A DNA stretch of 43,603 nucleotides from a virus (Duplodnaviria > Caudoviricetes). This document shows positions 1 to 7,659 of this stretch, one piece after another. Made by a program: the position numbers and the translations under genes. Each line of letters opens with the position of its first letter. Position 1 is the stretch's first letter. The DNA is taken from the IMG/VR virus record IMGVR_UViG_3300022862_000009, positions 1 through 43,603 of that record; one strand, given 5' to 3'. The notes under the pieces were generated by a model, which worked only from the letters and a program-made list of their open reading frames with translations, was not told where the DNA came from and searched no databases.

Positions 1-1106
1 GGGATTTCGCTGATATTTAGGTCTGGAACAGCCTCAGACCAGATGATTTCCTCGTGGTCTCGCTGGTAGTTCTTGGTCATGCCCTCGCTCGCATGACCTG
101 CGATCTTCTGCCCATCCTTTCCTGCTTTCTTGTACAAGTGCAGCGACAGCGCCCGCACTTCATGGAAGCCTGGCATCTCCTCCTCCTTCCATCCCGCGTA
201 GCAGTTGGCCGACTCTCTGGCCTCCTTGAATGCGCGCGTCAAATACCGCTCCTCAACCTTCGTCCAGTGGTCCTTTGTCTGTGCCTGCTTCTGTTTCAGT
301 CGATCCGGCTTGCGGTGCACTAGGTACGGCGACACGACATCATCGCGGCACCGGCTGATTACCGTCTGCAACTCGGGCGTGACTCTGAATCGAATCCAGG
401 CTGCATCTGTGGCCTTGGCCGTCTTCTTCTGCACGACATAGAGGAAACCTTCCCTAACCCCATCAAAGCGCATGTCCAGGATGTCCGTGCGGCGCTGGGC
501 GGTGATCAGTGCCAGGTCGATTGCATTCTGTAGCCAGGCCGGCGACTTCTCCCTGATAGCCTTCAGGCCCTCAACGGTGTGTCGCTTGCGCTGTTTCTTC
601 TCGATCCGGTTGATGGTGCTGGCCGCTGGGTTGTCCGGGCACAGGCCTTTGGCTGCGGCGTGGTTGAAAATGTCGATCAAGAGCGCTCGGCATTGGTTGG
701 CCGTGCGCGGCGTAAGCGAATCCAGTTCGGTGGCGATCATGCGAATCGTGATTTGATCTACAGTCTTTCCCTCAAACCACTTCCTGAATCTCCGAAAGTG
801 AACGGCGTAAAGCCCGAGCGTGCCTTTCGCAAGCTCCCTAGGCGGCAGTACCTCAGCCTCATACTTGTCGAGGAAGCCCTCGAAGCTGTCAGACGGATTG
901 GGCATCACGGCGCCGACCAGGTCAGCGCCGCGCATGAATTCGAGGTTCAGCTGTTTGGCCGCATCGATGGCCTTCAGGCGATCGGAGCCGAACGGGAAAA
1001 ACTTCCCGTCCGTAGGGCGCCGGTAGCGATATGTCCCGCGCCGCGCGTCGAAGTACAGGTTCTGCGGAAGGCTCTTGTTCGCAGTATTGCGCGGCCGTGG
1101 GGGCAT
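1..1106 (-). CDS. int: Phage integrase (tyrosine recombinase, lambda-like); the last codons are cut by the window edge; alternative ATG at 1109
   Basis: Not in the ORF track because there is no stop in the window. Manual translation gives MPPRPRNTANKSLPQNLY...TAQRRTDIL...FHEVRALS...AGHASEGMTKNY, containing the catalytic R, HxxR, H and Y; start overlaps the xis stop. Confidence 0.95.
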   Translation of the reverse strand, partial: MPPRPRNTANKSLPQNLYFDARRGTYRYRRPTDGKFFPFGSDRLKAIDAAKQLNLEFMRGADLVGAVMPNPSDSFEGFLDKYEAEVLPPRELAKGTLGLYAVHFRRFRKWFEGKTVDQITIRMIATELDSLTPRTANQCRALLIDIFNHAAAKGLCPDNPAASTINRIEKKQRKRHTVEGLKAIREKSPAWLQNAIDLALITAQRRTDILDMRFDGVREGFLYVVQKKTAKATDAAWIRFRVTPELQTVISRCRDDVVSPYLVHRKPDRLKQKQAQTKDHWTKVEERYLTRAFKEARESANCYAGWKEEEMPGFHEVRALSLHLYKKAGKDGQKIAGHASEGMTKNYQRDHEEIIWSEAVPDLNISEI

Positions 1107-1318
1107 CATGCAGCTCCTTTCATTACCATTGCGACAAGGTCGTTGCCATTGGATGAGTTGAACGCTGTCCAATCAACGTACCAGAGTTTCCCGATTTGCT
1201 CGCCCGGCACCATACCGTTGCGGATGTGATTGCGAATTGCCTGGGGGCAGGGTGGTGTGCCGTTTTCCCCCCAGCGTCGACGCTGGAATTCGCTGATTTT
1301 GATGAGTTCCTTTCGCAT
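1106..1318 (-). CDS. xis: Excisionase / recombination directionality factor
   Basis: 70-aa basic winged-helix-like protein (IRNHIRNGMVPGEQIGKLWYVD) coupled directly upstream of int. Confidence 0.8.
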   Translation of the reverse strand: MRKELIKISEFQRRRWGENGTPPCPQAIRNHIRNGMVPGEQIGKLWYVDWTAFNSSNGNDLVAMVMKGAA

Positions 1319-1320
1319 AG

Positions 1321-1539
1321 CTACCTCCCGCCGGCCGTGGGCCGAGCTTTATTGATGATGTGGATTGCCAGGCCGAAGCTGATCAGCAGCCAGGCGCATG
1401 TGCCGGCGAAGGCGTAAAGCAGTGCCTCGGTGGTGCCGGTGCCCACAAGGTCAGGCCCGGCCCAGAAGAACCAGCCGAGTGTTCCTACCAGGTACAGCAA
1501 AGCGCCCAGCAGGATCAGGGTGAGTTTTATTGCGAACAT
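1321..1539 (-). CDS. Small two-TM membrane protein, hypothetical
   Basis: Two hydrophobic segments; AAGGA SD preceded by a hairpin. Confidence 0.75.
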   Translation of the reverse strand: MFAIKLTLILLGALLYLVGTLGWFFWAGPDLVGTGTTEALLYAFAGTCAWLLISFGLAIHIINKARPTAGGR

Positions 1540-1581
1540 GAGGTGTCCTTGCCGCGCTGGGCGGCAGAAGGTGGTTTAGGA

Positions 1582-1941
1582 TTACGCCGCTTTTCGGGCT
1601 TCTGATGCAGCAATGCGCCGCCGCGTGATATGCAGCTGCAAGCGGTACGCTTTGAAGCGTCGGCCGTCCCCGGCACGAATCTCTGGCGCCAGGTACGAGA
1701 GGTCTTCTTCCAGCTGGCCGAAGTAGTAGAGGTGCTCACCATCCCCACCCCATTCAGGCTGGGCGGTTGCCCAGGAGCGTGCGGCTACGCAGGACGAGCA
1801 AGTTTTGAAGGTGGCCATGTCGCCCTCCCAGCATCCGCTGATGAGCTGGTACTGCTGGCCAGGTTGGATCGGGCCGTAGCATTCGCAGCATTGGTGCTGC
1901 TTGCGCGCTACGGGCATGGTTTCCGTTTGAAAGTCGGACAT
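1582..1941 (-). CDS. Hypothetical phage protein with Cys motifs (probable Zn-binding)
   Basis: ARKQHQCCEC...FKTCSSC; ATG at 1941 preceded by GAGG. Confidence 0.75.
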   Translation of the reverse strand: MSDFQTETMPVARKQHQCCECYGPIQPGQQYQLISGCWEGDMATFKTCSSCVAARSWATAQPEWGGDGEHLYYFGQLEEDLSYLAPEIRAGDGRRFKAYRLQLHITRRRIAASEARKAA

Positions 1942-2143
1942 ACGAATACCTCGCCCGCCGCTCACCGGCAGGAATCTATGGTGTAATGAGAAAGATTCTT
2001 AAAGGAGTGCGAGAAGGATAGTGCGTGGGGGACTGCCTCGTTAACGCGGATGTTTTCGAGCAACCTCAATCGTAATGCTGGACTCGCGATGTCCCTTTCT
2101 TAAGCCTTGATTCTCGGATGGAAACGCCAAAGGAAATGCGTTC

Positions 2144-2557
2144 ATGAAGTACAGCTGGATTGTGATTGCTTTACTGCTTTGTGCCTGCGTTAGCGGCCCA
2201 AGCCCTCAACAACTTGCAGAGCAACGTTTATGGGAATATCAGTTGCTTATCCATATCTCTAGGTTCAAGCACTACCCAGAACAAGCTCGCCTCAATGGGC
2301 TGGAGGGCACAGTTGCAGTCGAGTTCATCGTCGATGCTCGAGGCAACCTGTCGCACCAGAAAGTCATCAGCTACTCAGGGTCAGAATTTTTTGTTCCGGA
2401 GGCAAAGGAATTGATTTCGGCTGCATCCCCTGCGCCCGCGCCTCCACCTTCAATCCTTAAGAATGGTGGTGTTCATGTAGTTGCCCCCTTTGTGTATTGC
2501 CTCGCACAGGGTATGTGCCCAAAGGATCTGGTTACCCATCAATATCGCGGAGAATAG
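2144..2557 (+). CDS. Predicted lipoprotein consisting of a TonB C-terminal domain (cargo/moron)
   Basis: Signal peptide with lipobox LCAC; YPEQARLNGLEGTVAVEFIVDARG is a TonB_C signature; AAGGA SD; opposite strand to its neighbours. Confidence 0.85.
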   Translation: MKYSWIVIALLLCACVSGPSPQQLAEQRLWEYQLLIHISRFKHYPEQARLNGLEGTVAVEFIVDARGNLSHQKVISYSGSEFFVPEAKELISAASPAPAPPPSILKNGGVHVVAPFVYCLAQGMCPKDLVTHQYRGE

Positions 2558-2651
2558 CCCTAAGGCGATTGCGCACCATGTCGACGCTGGCGTCTGGTGA
2601 CTGCTTCATGACCTCCAAGCAGTCGCCGAGGTAGATCTGGTACTCACTCAT
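2532..2651 (-). pseudogene. 5' remnant of an N4/N6 DNA methyltransferase
   Basis: MSEYQIYLGDCLEVMKQSPDASVDMV, then loses similarity before the DPPY-type motif and stops after 39 codons inside the TonB gene 3' end. Confidence 0.75.
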
Positions 2652-2704
2652 GGCCTCGGCCCCTTGTAGATGAAGACGTAGGCGAACCAGAGGGTGGCGA
2701 TCAT
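2648..2704 (-). CDS. 18-aa hydrophobic mini-protein MIATLWFAYVFIYKGPRP
   Basis: ATGA overlaps at both ends (upstream stop 2701-2703; downstream ATG 2649-2651). Confidence 0.5.
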   Translation of the reverse strand: MIATLWFAYVFIYKGPRP

Positions 2705-2904
2705 TGCGTCACCCGCTCGGCAGTAGCCGGGATGCGTTCACGGAAGCGCGAAGGGCTCCAATCGCAAGACTCGTCAGCAGGGATATGGCCGAACATTGCC
2801 GTGCAACGTTTGCAATGCACGCAGTCGGCGCAGGTCTTGCCCGCGGGCAGGTTCATCTGGACATCATTGTCAGCGGACCGTGGATATGGCGCTCGTTCGC
2901 TCAT
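2701..2904 (-). CDS. Small Cys-rich hypothetical protein
   Basis: MSERAPYP...CADCVHCKRC...CDW; ATGA overlap with the upstream gene. Confidence 0.75.
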   Translation of the reverse strand: MSERAPYPRSADNDVQMNLPAGKTCADCVHCKRCTAMFGHIPADESCDWSPSRFRERIPATAERVTQ

Positions 2905-3284
2905 GGATCCACCCGACCTTCGAAATCCTCCGGGGTGAGCTTGTATTCGACGACGTTGCGCACCCGATAGAACGTTGCGATGCAGTGCTTGCTGATCCAT
3001 TCTGACAGCAGTGAGTCGAGCTCTTGGCGGGCCTCATCAGGAACATCCGGCCAGTCTTCCGCGAATTCACCCACATCGTCATAGGCGCGCTCGCCAAGCA
3101 TCTCAATGACGTCGCCCGCATCAACATAGCCAGCGGTTTTTATCGGGATTTTCTCTCCCTTCCAAACGGTAGCTCCGACTTCAAGGTCGTCGTTCTCGTC
3201 AAGCAGCTCACCAAGGCTGTCGCAATTGAACAGCTCTTCATTGGCTGACCATGTTTCGTCAGGGATTCTCTTTTCTTCAGGCAT
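2901..3284 (-). CDS. Acidic hypothetical phage protein
   Basis: 127-aa ORF with AAGGA SD, in operon context. Confidence 0.8.
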   Translation of the reverse strand: MPEEKRIPDETWSANEELFNCDSLGELLDENDDLEVGATVWKGEKIPIKTAGYVDAGDVIEMLGERAYDDVGEFAEDWPDVPDEARQELDSLLSEWISKHCIATFYRVRNVVEYKLTPEDFEGRVDP

Positions 3285-3381
3285 GACTTCGTCCTTGCCG
3301 CTATAGCGGCTGACTTTGAAGGGGGAGGGGTTACAGGTTTTGCGGGTGGAGTACGGATGTACTCCTATCGAGGTTCGACGT

Positions 3382-3882
3382 TCAAGTGGCTGGATGCGTT
3401 GCGTTCCATTGCTCGAAAGCTTCTTGAGTGTTGGCCGCCGTGATCTTCTCGTCGCAGGTGTAGCAGTGCGCTACGCCGCCAGCGGCACCGACATCTCGAT
3501 GACCGTTCTTGCATGGGTTCATGCGCCATTCAGTGTCCTTAGGGCTCAGGAACTCGCGCATCTCAGTCAGCACCTGGTCATGCTCCAAGTCGTTCGGCTC
3601 AACGTCTTCGTGGAACTCAATCTTGGTATCGAAGTTGGCAACTATGCGCTGGATCAGCGAAGTTGCCATGTCCGCCCGCTCATCCGCTGCGGTCAGGCGC
3701 TGTTGCAATTCCTTCTCCCGTCGCTCCGAGGCAACACAGCGCTCGGCAGCATCCAAGAACAGCTGGGTGGCCTCATCAAAGGCGGAAGCCATCACAACTT
3801 CAGGGCCGTGCGGATCGTAGCCAATGGTCGCGCCTGCTGCCGAAAGCATCGTTACGACTTGGTATCGATGAACCTCAGTCAT
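3382..3882 (-). CDS. Mosaic hypothetical protein: coiled coil plus a Lar-like C-terminal Zn motif
   Basis: LQQRLTAADER coiled coil; C-terminus PCKNGH...CYTC...TQEAFEQWN. Confidence 0.75.
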   Translation of the reverse strand: MTEVHRYQVVTMLSAAGATIGYDPHGPEVVMASAFDEATQLFLDAAERCVASERREKELQQRLTAADERADMATSLIQRIVANFDTKIEFHEDVEPNDLEHDQVLTEMREFLSPKDTEWRMNPCKNGHRDVGAAGGVAHCYTCDEKITAANTQEAFEQWNATHPAT

Positions 3883-4418
3883 ACAGCCTCCCTCGTTACC
3901 AGATCATGGGCATCCACAACGGTCATGCCGAGCTTCTCGGCGATCAGCACTTCCAGGCGGGCGCCTTGCGACTTCTCCCAGCCCGGCAGCAGGGCGATCA
4001 CACCGCACAGCCCCAGGCGTGTCAGGTCGTAGGCCATGTAGTCGGACCACTGGGCACCCTCGACGATGCCGTGGTCTGCTGGGTTCTCGACTTCGTAGCC
4101 CTGGGCGCGCAGCTGGCCGGCCACGGCGTTGAAGGCGGGGTAGTTGAAGTCGGCGATACCCGTCATGGGCCCTGCCACGTAGACGCGGTTGGCGCGGCTT
4201 GCCTGGAGCGTTACGAATGGCTCGCCTGGCTGACTTTTACCGCTGAATGCCCATGCGGTAGGTCCCTGGCACATCTCGCAAGTGAGGTTGCGCGTGATTT
4301 CGTCGATCGCTTCGCGATCAAGCTTCTTGCCGTAGTGGTTGACGAGCTCGTTGGCGATCGTAAATACCATAGTGCCGAGTCGTGTGGATTGCGGATCTTG
4401 GTTCTCTTTAGTGCGCAT
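3879..4418 (-). CDS. DUF4406-like (nucleoside deoxyribosyltransferase-fold) domain protein
   Basis: VYVAGPMTG..FNYPAF..NPA..LPGWEKSQGARLE motif; ATG 4418 with AAGGA SD. Confidence 0.85.
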   Translation of the reverse strand: MRTKENQDPQSTRLGTMVFTIANELVNHYGKKLDREAIDEITRNLTCEMCQGPTAWAFSGKSQPGEPFVTLQASRANRVYVAGPMTGIADFNYPAFNAVAGQLRAQGYEVENPADHGIVEGAQWSDYMAYDLTRLGLCGVIALLPGWEKSQGARLEVLIAEKLGMTVVDAHDLVTREAV

Positions 4419-4464
4419 GGGGAGTCCTTGCCGGGCCATGCCCGGACGGTTAAGGGTGGGGAGT

Positions 4465-5244
4465 TCAGGCGCTTGCGGATAGGGCGAGGGTTTCGTCGCC
4501 GCCGCGCGCGAGGCCGGTGTGCAACTCCACCTTTTGACCGGCGAGCATCCCGGCGATCTGGGCGTTCATATCCAGCTCGACGCTTTTGCTTTTCCGGGAC
4601 TCTCTGATGTCTTGGGTGGCAAGGTATTCACTGATCAGCGCCTTGTCCTGCGCCTGAACCGCGATGAGGTCTTGGCCGGTGCCAAGCTGGCCGAGTGGAT
4701 CATCATCTGCTTGAGGCACAAGCGCTTTCAGCTTCGACTGAACTTCCCAGACCCACGCCAACGCGAAATGATCACCTGCGGTCTCTGCCGAATATTGACT
4801 GCGATGGATGCCAGATCTGACTCCTGAACAGTAGGCCTTGCGGGCTTGCGTGAGCTTGGTGTGCAGAGCCTCATACGCGTACAGGGCGATGTTCTGGGCT
4901 GGGGAAACGCCAACGAATGTCGCACACTCAATGACTTGGCCCTTCGCGGAACACCACGTTCTGCGCCGCAGAGTGGTGCAGCTGAATGCGTCTGCTACAG
5001 CAATGCTCAGTTGCTGATCCCATGCTGGTCGACGCTTGGTGCGGAACAGGGACGATTCAGCTTCACCGACGTCGCTCAACTTCACATCGATTTCGGTCAG
5101 GCGATACTCGCGCATCAATGCCTGGGCCTGCCGAAGCGCCGTTGCAGCTTCGTTTTCGTTAGCGCTCTGCGCCAGGGCCAGGCAGTGCTTGATCTTGCGG
5201 ATCGCCCGCTCGAGTTTCTTTTCGTCGATCTGTTGTGCGGACAT
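4465..5244 (-). CDS. DUF2786-domain protein
   Basis: N-terminal KIKHCLALAQSANENEAATALRQAQALMREY signature. Confidence 0.85.
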   Translation of the reverse strand: MSAQQIDEKKLERAIRKIKHCLALAQSANENEAATALRQAQALMREYRLTEIDVKLSDVGEAESSLFRTKRRPAWDQQLSIAVADAFSCTTLRRRTWCSAKGQVIECATFVGVSPAQNIALYAYEALHTKLTQARKAYCSGVRSGIHRSQYSAETAGDHFALAWVWEVQSKLKALVPQADDDPLGQLGTGQDLIAVQAQDKALISEYLATQDIRESRKSKSVELDMNAQIAGMLAGQKVELHTGLARGGDETLALSASA

Positions 5245-5279
5245 AGGGGATCCTCGCTGGCTGGCGTGATTCGTTGATA

Positions 5280-5316
5280 TGGGGTATTACGGGTGACCGG
5301 CATGGAGCCGGATCAA
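5280..5316 (+). repeat. Repeat A copy 1 (37 bp): -10-like TATTAC plus leader hairpin, followed by SD
   Basis: TGGGGTATTACGGGTGACCGGCATGGAGCCGGATCAA, identical at 6367-6403. Confidence 0.95.
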
Positions 5317-5328
5317 AGGAGAATTGAT

Positions 5329-5571
5329 ATGGCTTATTGGGACTCTTACGGCTATCCAGAGAATGAACCGAAAGTCTGGATCACGTTCGGCACGCAGAAG
5401 GACGGTCCGCCACAAGTAGCATTCCTCGGGCCGATTCGTCAGCCGGAGGGCGATAGCACGAAGGCTGTTGAGTACTACCAGGAAGTTGCAGGCCGCTGGA
5501 CTGATGAGCGTGCCGCACATGTCGATCTAAATAAAATCGCTAAAGATCTCATCGAGCATAAGCGTCTTTAG
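5329..5571 (+). CDS. Hypothetical cargo protein (80 aa)
   Basis: AAGGAG SD directly after repeat A; MAYWDSYGYPENEP... Confidence 0.75.
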   Translation: MAYWDSYGYPENEPKVWITFGTQKDGPPQVAFLGPIRQPEGDSTKAVEYYQEVAGRWTDERAAHVDLNKIAKDLIEHKRL

Positions 5572-5589
5572 CGGAAGCTTCCTATAGGA

Positions 5590-6307
5590 TCAGGCGTCGG
5601 CGCTGGCGGCTTCTTTGATCGCCATAATGGCGTTTGCGGCGTGGCGCACATAATAAAGGCGAGCCATCAGATTTGGGCACGGCTTGCTGATCGTCGATTC
5701 CCAAAGGTTGCTTCCACCAATCAGTTCTTCGTGCTCACGCAGGAAGTCGTAGGCCAGCACCACCTCGCTGTCGCGGCCATCGGCGAAGGTCTCAACCTCC
5801 TCAATTACGTCAGCCAGTTCGGCGAAAGGAAGGCGCTCGTCTTCTGTCTCATCGCGCTCGCGCAGCCATTCAGCGAGTTGTTCAGCCTGCTCCAGGGTGG
5901 CGCCCTTGTTCGGGATGTCCGCGATCCATTCCGGGACCTCATCATCCGGCAATTCGTAATCGATCCTTCCGGCGATGCATTCGCACACCGTGTCACGGAT
6001 AGTGCCGAAGTCGATCACCACCCGCTTGATGTCGCCTTCCAACTTTTCATGTACATACCCATCGCTCTGATGGCGCAAGAAGTTGATGCCGTAGCTGGAG
6101 CCGACGTGGAACACGAGAGGACCGATATCACCCATCATGCTCATGCCGAAGCGCGTAACACAGATGTCGAACCCATAGCAGCTGCTGCCTGGCCGTGCGC
6201 AACGCCACAACTCGACGCCGTTTTCGTTCACCAGCTGCGTGTATTGGTGTTGGTGCCAGTTCTTCTGCGACTCGGGCGGTGAGCGCCGCGCGTTCTTGCT
6301 CTCTCAT
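5590..6307 (-). pseudogene. Hypothetical phage protein with an apparent 1-nt frameshift near the 5' end
   Basis: The SD-backed ATG at 6307 (GGAGATAATCC-ATG) is out of frame with the long 5590-6303 reading frame. Confidence 0.6.
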
Positions 6308-6403
6308 GGATTATCTCCAGTCAGCCGCCGCCCTCCGGTGGCCGGTGGTGGCAATTTGGTTTGGGTTGGGGTATTACGGGTGACCGGCATGGAGCCGGAT
6401 CAA
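6303..6403. repeat. Hybrid junction: repeat B copy 1 (6303-6376) overlapping repeat A copy 2 (6367-6403)
   Basis: Direct comparison with 7164-7236 and 5280-5316. Confidence 0.95.
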
Positions 6404-6415
6404 GGAGAGAAGCAG

Positions 6416-6607
6416 ATGGGTATCGAAGAAATGCAGCACGACGAATTCAAGCCAACCTGCCCAAAGTGCGGGGGTATCGAATTCGCAGCCGTTTATAACC
6501 GCTATGTGGCCCGAACCTCCCAACCGATCAGCATGATTATCTGCGCTGATTTGAAGTGTCAGGCCGTTGCAGGTGTGCTGCCTACTGCTGAAGTTTTTCC
6601 CGAGTAA
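6416..6607 (+). CDS. Small Zn-ribbon cargo protein (63 aa)
   Basis: CPKCGG...CADLKC; AAGGAG SD after repeat A. Confidence 0.8.
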   Translation: MGIEEMQHDEFKPTCPKCGGIEFAAVYNRYVARTSQPISMIICADLKCQAVAGVLPTAEVFPE

Positions 6608-7168
6608 CTACGCCGCCTTGAGCTGTCCCAGGACTGTCTGGCGTGCCGCTTCAAATTCGCTGCCGAGGATCTCGGCGGCGCCTTCGATCTTCTCGTTTCC
6701 ATCCTCAAGGCGGATGCCGAGATTCAGGTACACGACGCCATCAAGCTCGAAGAACACACCACCGCACATCCACAGGGCGCCTGGGTTCAGGCCGATCGCC
6801 TCCCAGGCTTCGTCCATATCGATGCTGGCAGGGCAATGTTCCTTCCAGAGAGCCGACAGGCGCTCATGCTCGGCGACCTGGGAGGCCCGCGCTTCCTTTG
6901 ACGTTCCTTTCGCAGGCTTGGCGCTGGAGCGTAGCGCTCGGTAACCGTACTGGTCCGGACGGCACCAGTGCACATCCAGATCACGGCTTGCGCTGAGCTT
7001 CACGCCGCCAACGTAGCTGCGGCTGCCGGAGCGCATTGGCGAAGTCTGGCCGCCGAACACCTGGCCCAGCTTGGCGCGCTGCGCGTTCCAGGCGGCTCGC
7101 TTGGTGTCCCAGGCTTTCACCGCAGCAACCACGGCAGGGGCGGTGGTCTTGTACATATAGTTGCTCAT
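6608..7168 (-). CDS. Hypothetical phage protein (186 aa)
   Basis: GGAG SD inside repeat B; stop codon abuts the stop of the convergent gene. Confidence 0.85.
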   Translation of the reverse strand: MSNYMYKTTAPAVVAAVKAWDTKRAAWNAQRAKLGQVFGGQTSPMRSGSRSYVGGVKLSASRDLDVHWCRPDQYGYRALRSSAKPAKGTSKEARASQVAEHERLSALWKEHCPASIDMDEAWEAIGLNPGALWMCGGVFFELDGVVYLNLGIRLEDGNEKIEGAAEILGSEFEAARQTVLGQLKAA

Positions 7169-7236
7169 GGATTATCTCCAGTCAGGGGCCGCCCTCCGTG
7201 GTCGGTGGTGGCAATTTGGTTTTTTTTGGCGTATTA
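7164..7236. repeat. Repeat B copy 2 (about 73 bp, imperfect)
   Basis: CTCATGGATTATCTCCAGTCAG..GCCGCCCTCCG..CGGTGGTGGCAATTTGGTT..GTATTA shared with 6303-6376. Confidence 0.93.
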
Positions 7237-7273
7237 AAGATGTTCGGAATTCCTCCGAATTATGGAGAGTGCT

Positions 7274-7624
7274 ATGCCTCCCTTGGTTTTTGGAAACAAT
7301 ATCTATGGCGCAAAGGTTGGGGTGCAGGCTCCAGCGAACGCTGATGTAGACATTATCAATAACAACTTTCACGGCGTAGAAGTGGCTGTTAACTTTAAAG
7401 AGCCGATCACTCTAGAGATGCTTGGCATTCCAATAGGTGCTCCCTCCGACCAGGTATCAGAATTAGTTAGGGAGTTCAGAAAAACACCAGATGCTTCGGT
7501 TGAGCAGGCTACTGCAATTGTTAACGCCTCAAGGCTGGGGCAATGGTTAGGAAACGCCGAAAAAGTTGCCAAGGTTGCTAACAGCCTTGTCGCCTTGGTC
7601 AAAGCTGGGCAAGATTTATTCTAG
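7274..7624 (+). CDS. Hypothetical cargo protein, AT-richer than its flanks
   Basis: GGAG SD preceded by the hairpin TTCGGAATTCCTCCGAA; MPPLVFGNNIYG... Confidence 0.8.
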   Translation: MPPLVFGNNIYGAKVGVQAPANADVDIINNNFHGVEVAVNFKEPITLEMLGIPIGAPSDQVSELVREFRKTPDASVEQATAIVNASRLGQWLGNAEKVAKVANSLVALVKAGQDLF

Positions 7625-7659
7625 TGTCCTATGGTCTATGGGGGATTAATCAGGACTGC

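Noticed and set aside
54-1229. Plus-strand ORFs (for example 579-1229) at the left end
   Set aside because: Antisense shadows of the integrase, which the ORF track missed because its stop is outside the window
3316-6282. Long plus-strand ORFs 3316-4032, 3663-4607, 4846-5277 and 5641-6282
   Set aside because: Opposite recognisable SD-backed minus-strand genes; no motifs; typical high-GC shadow frames
5280-7236. Repeats A and B as a CRISPR array or classical integron attC sites
   Set aside because: Only two copies each, about 0.9-1.1 kb apart, with no cas genes; no RYYYAAC/GTTRRRY attC boxes recognised
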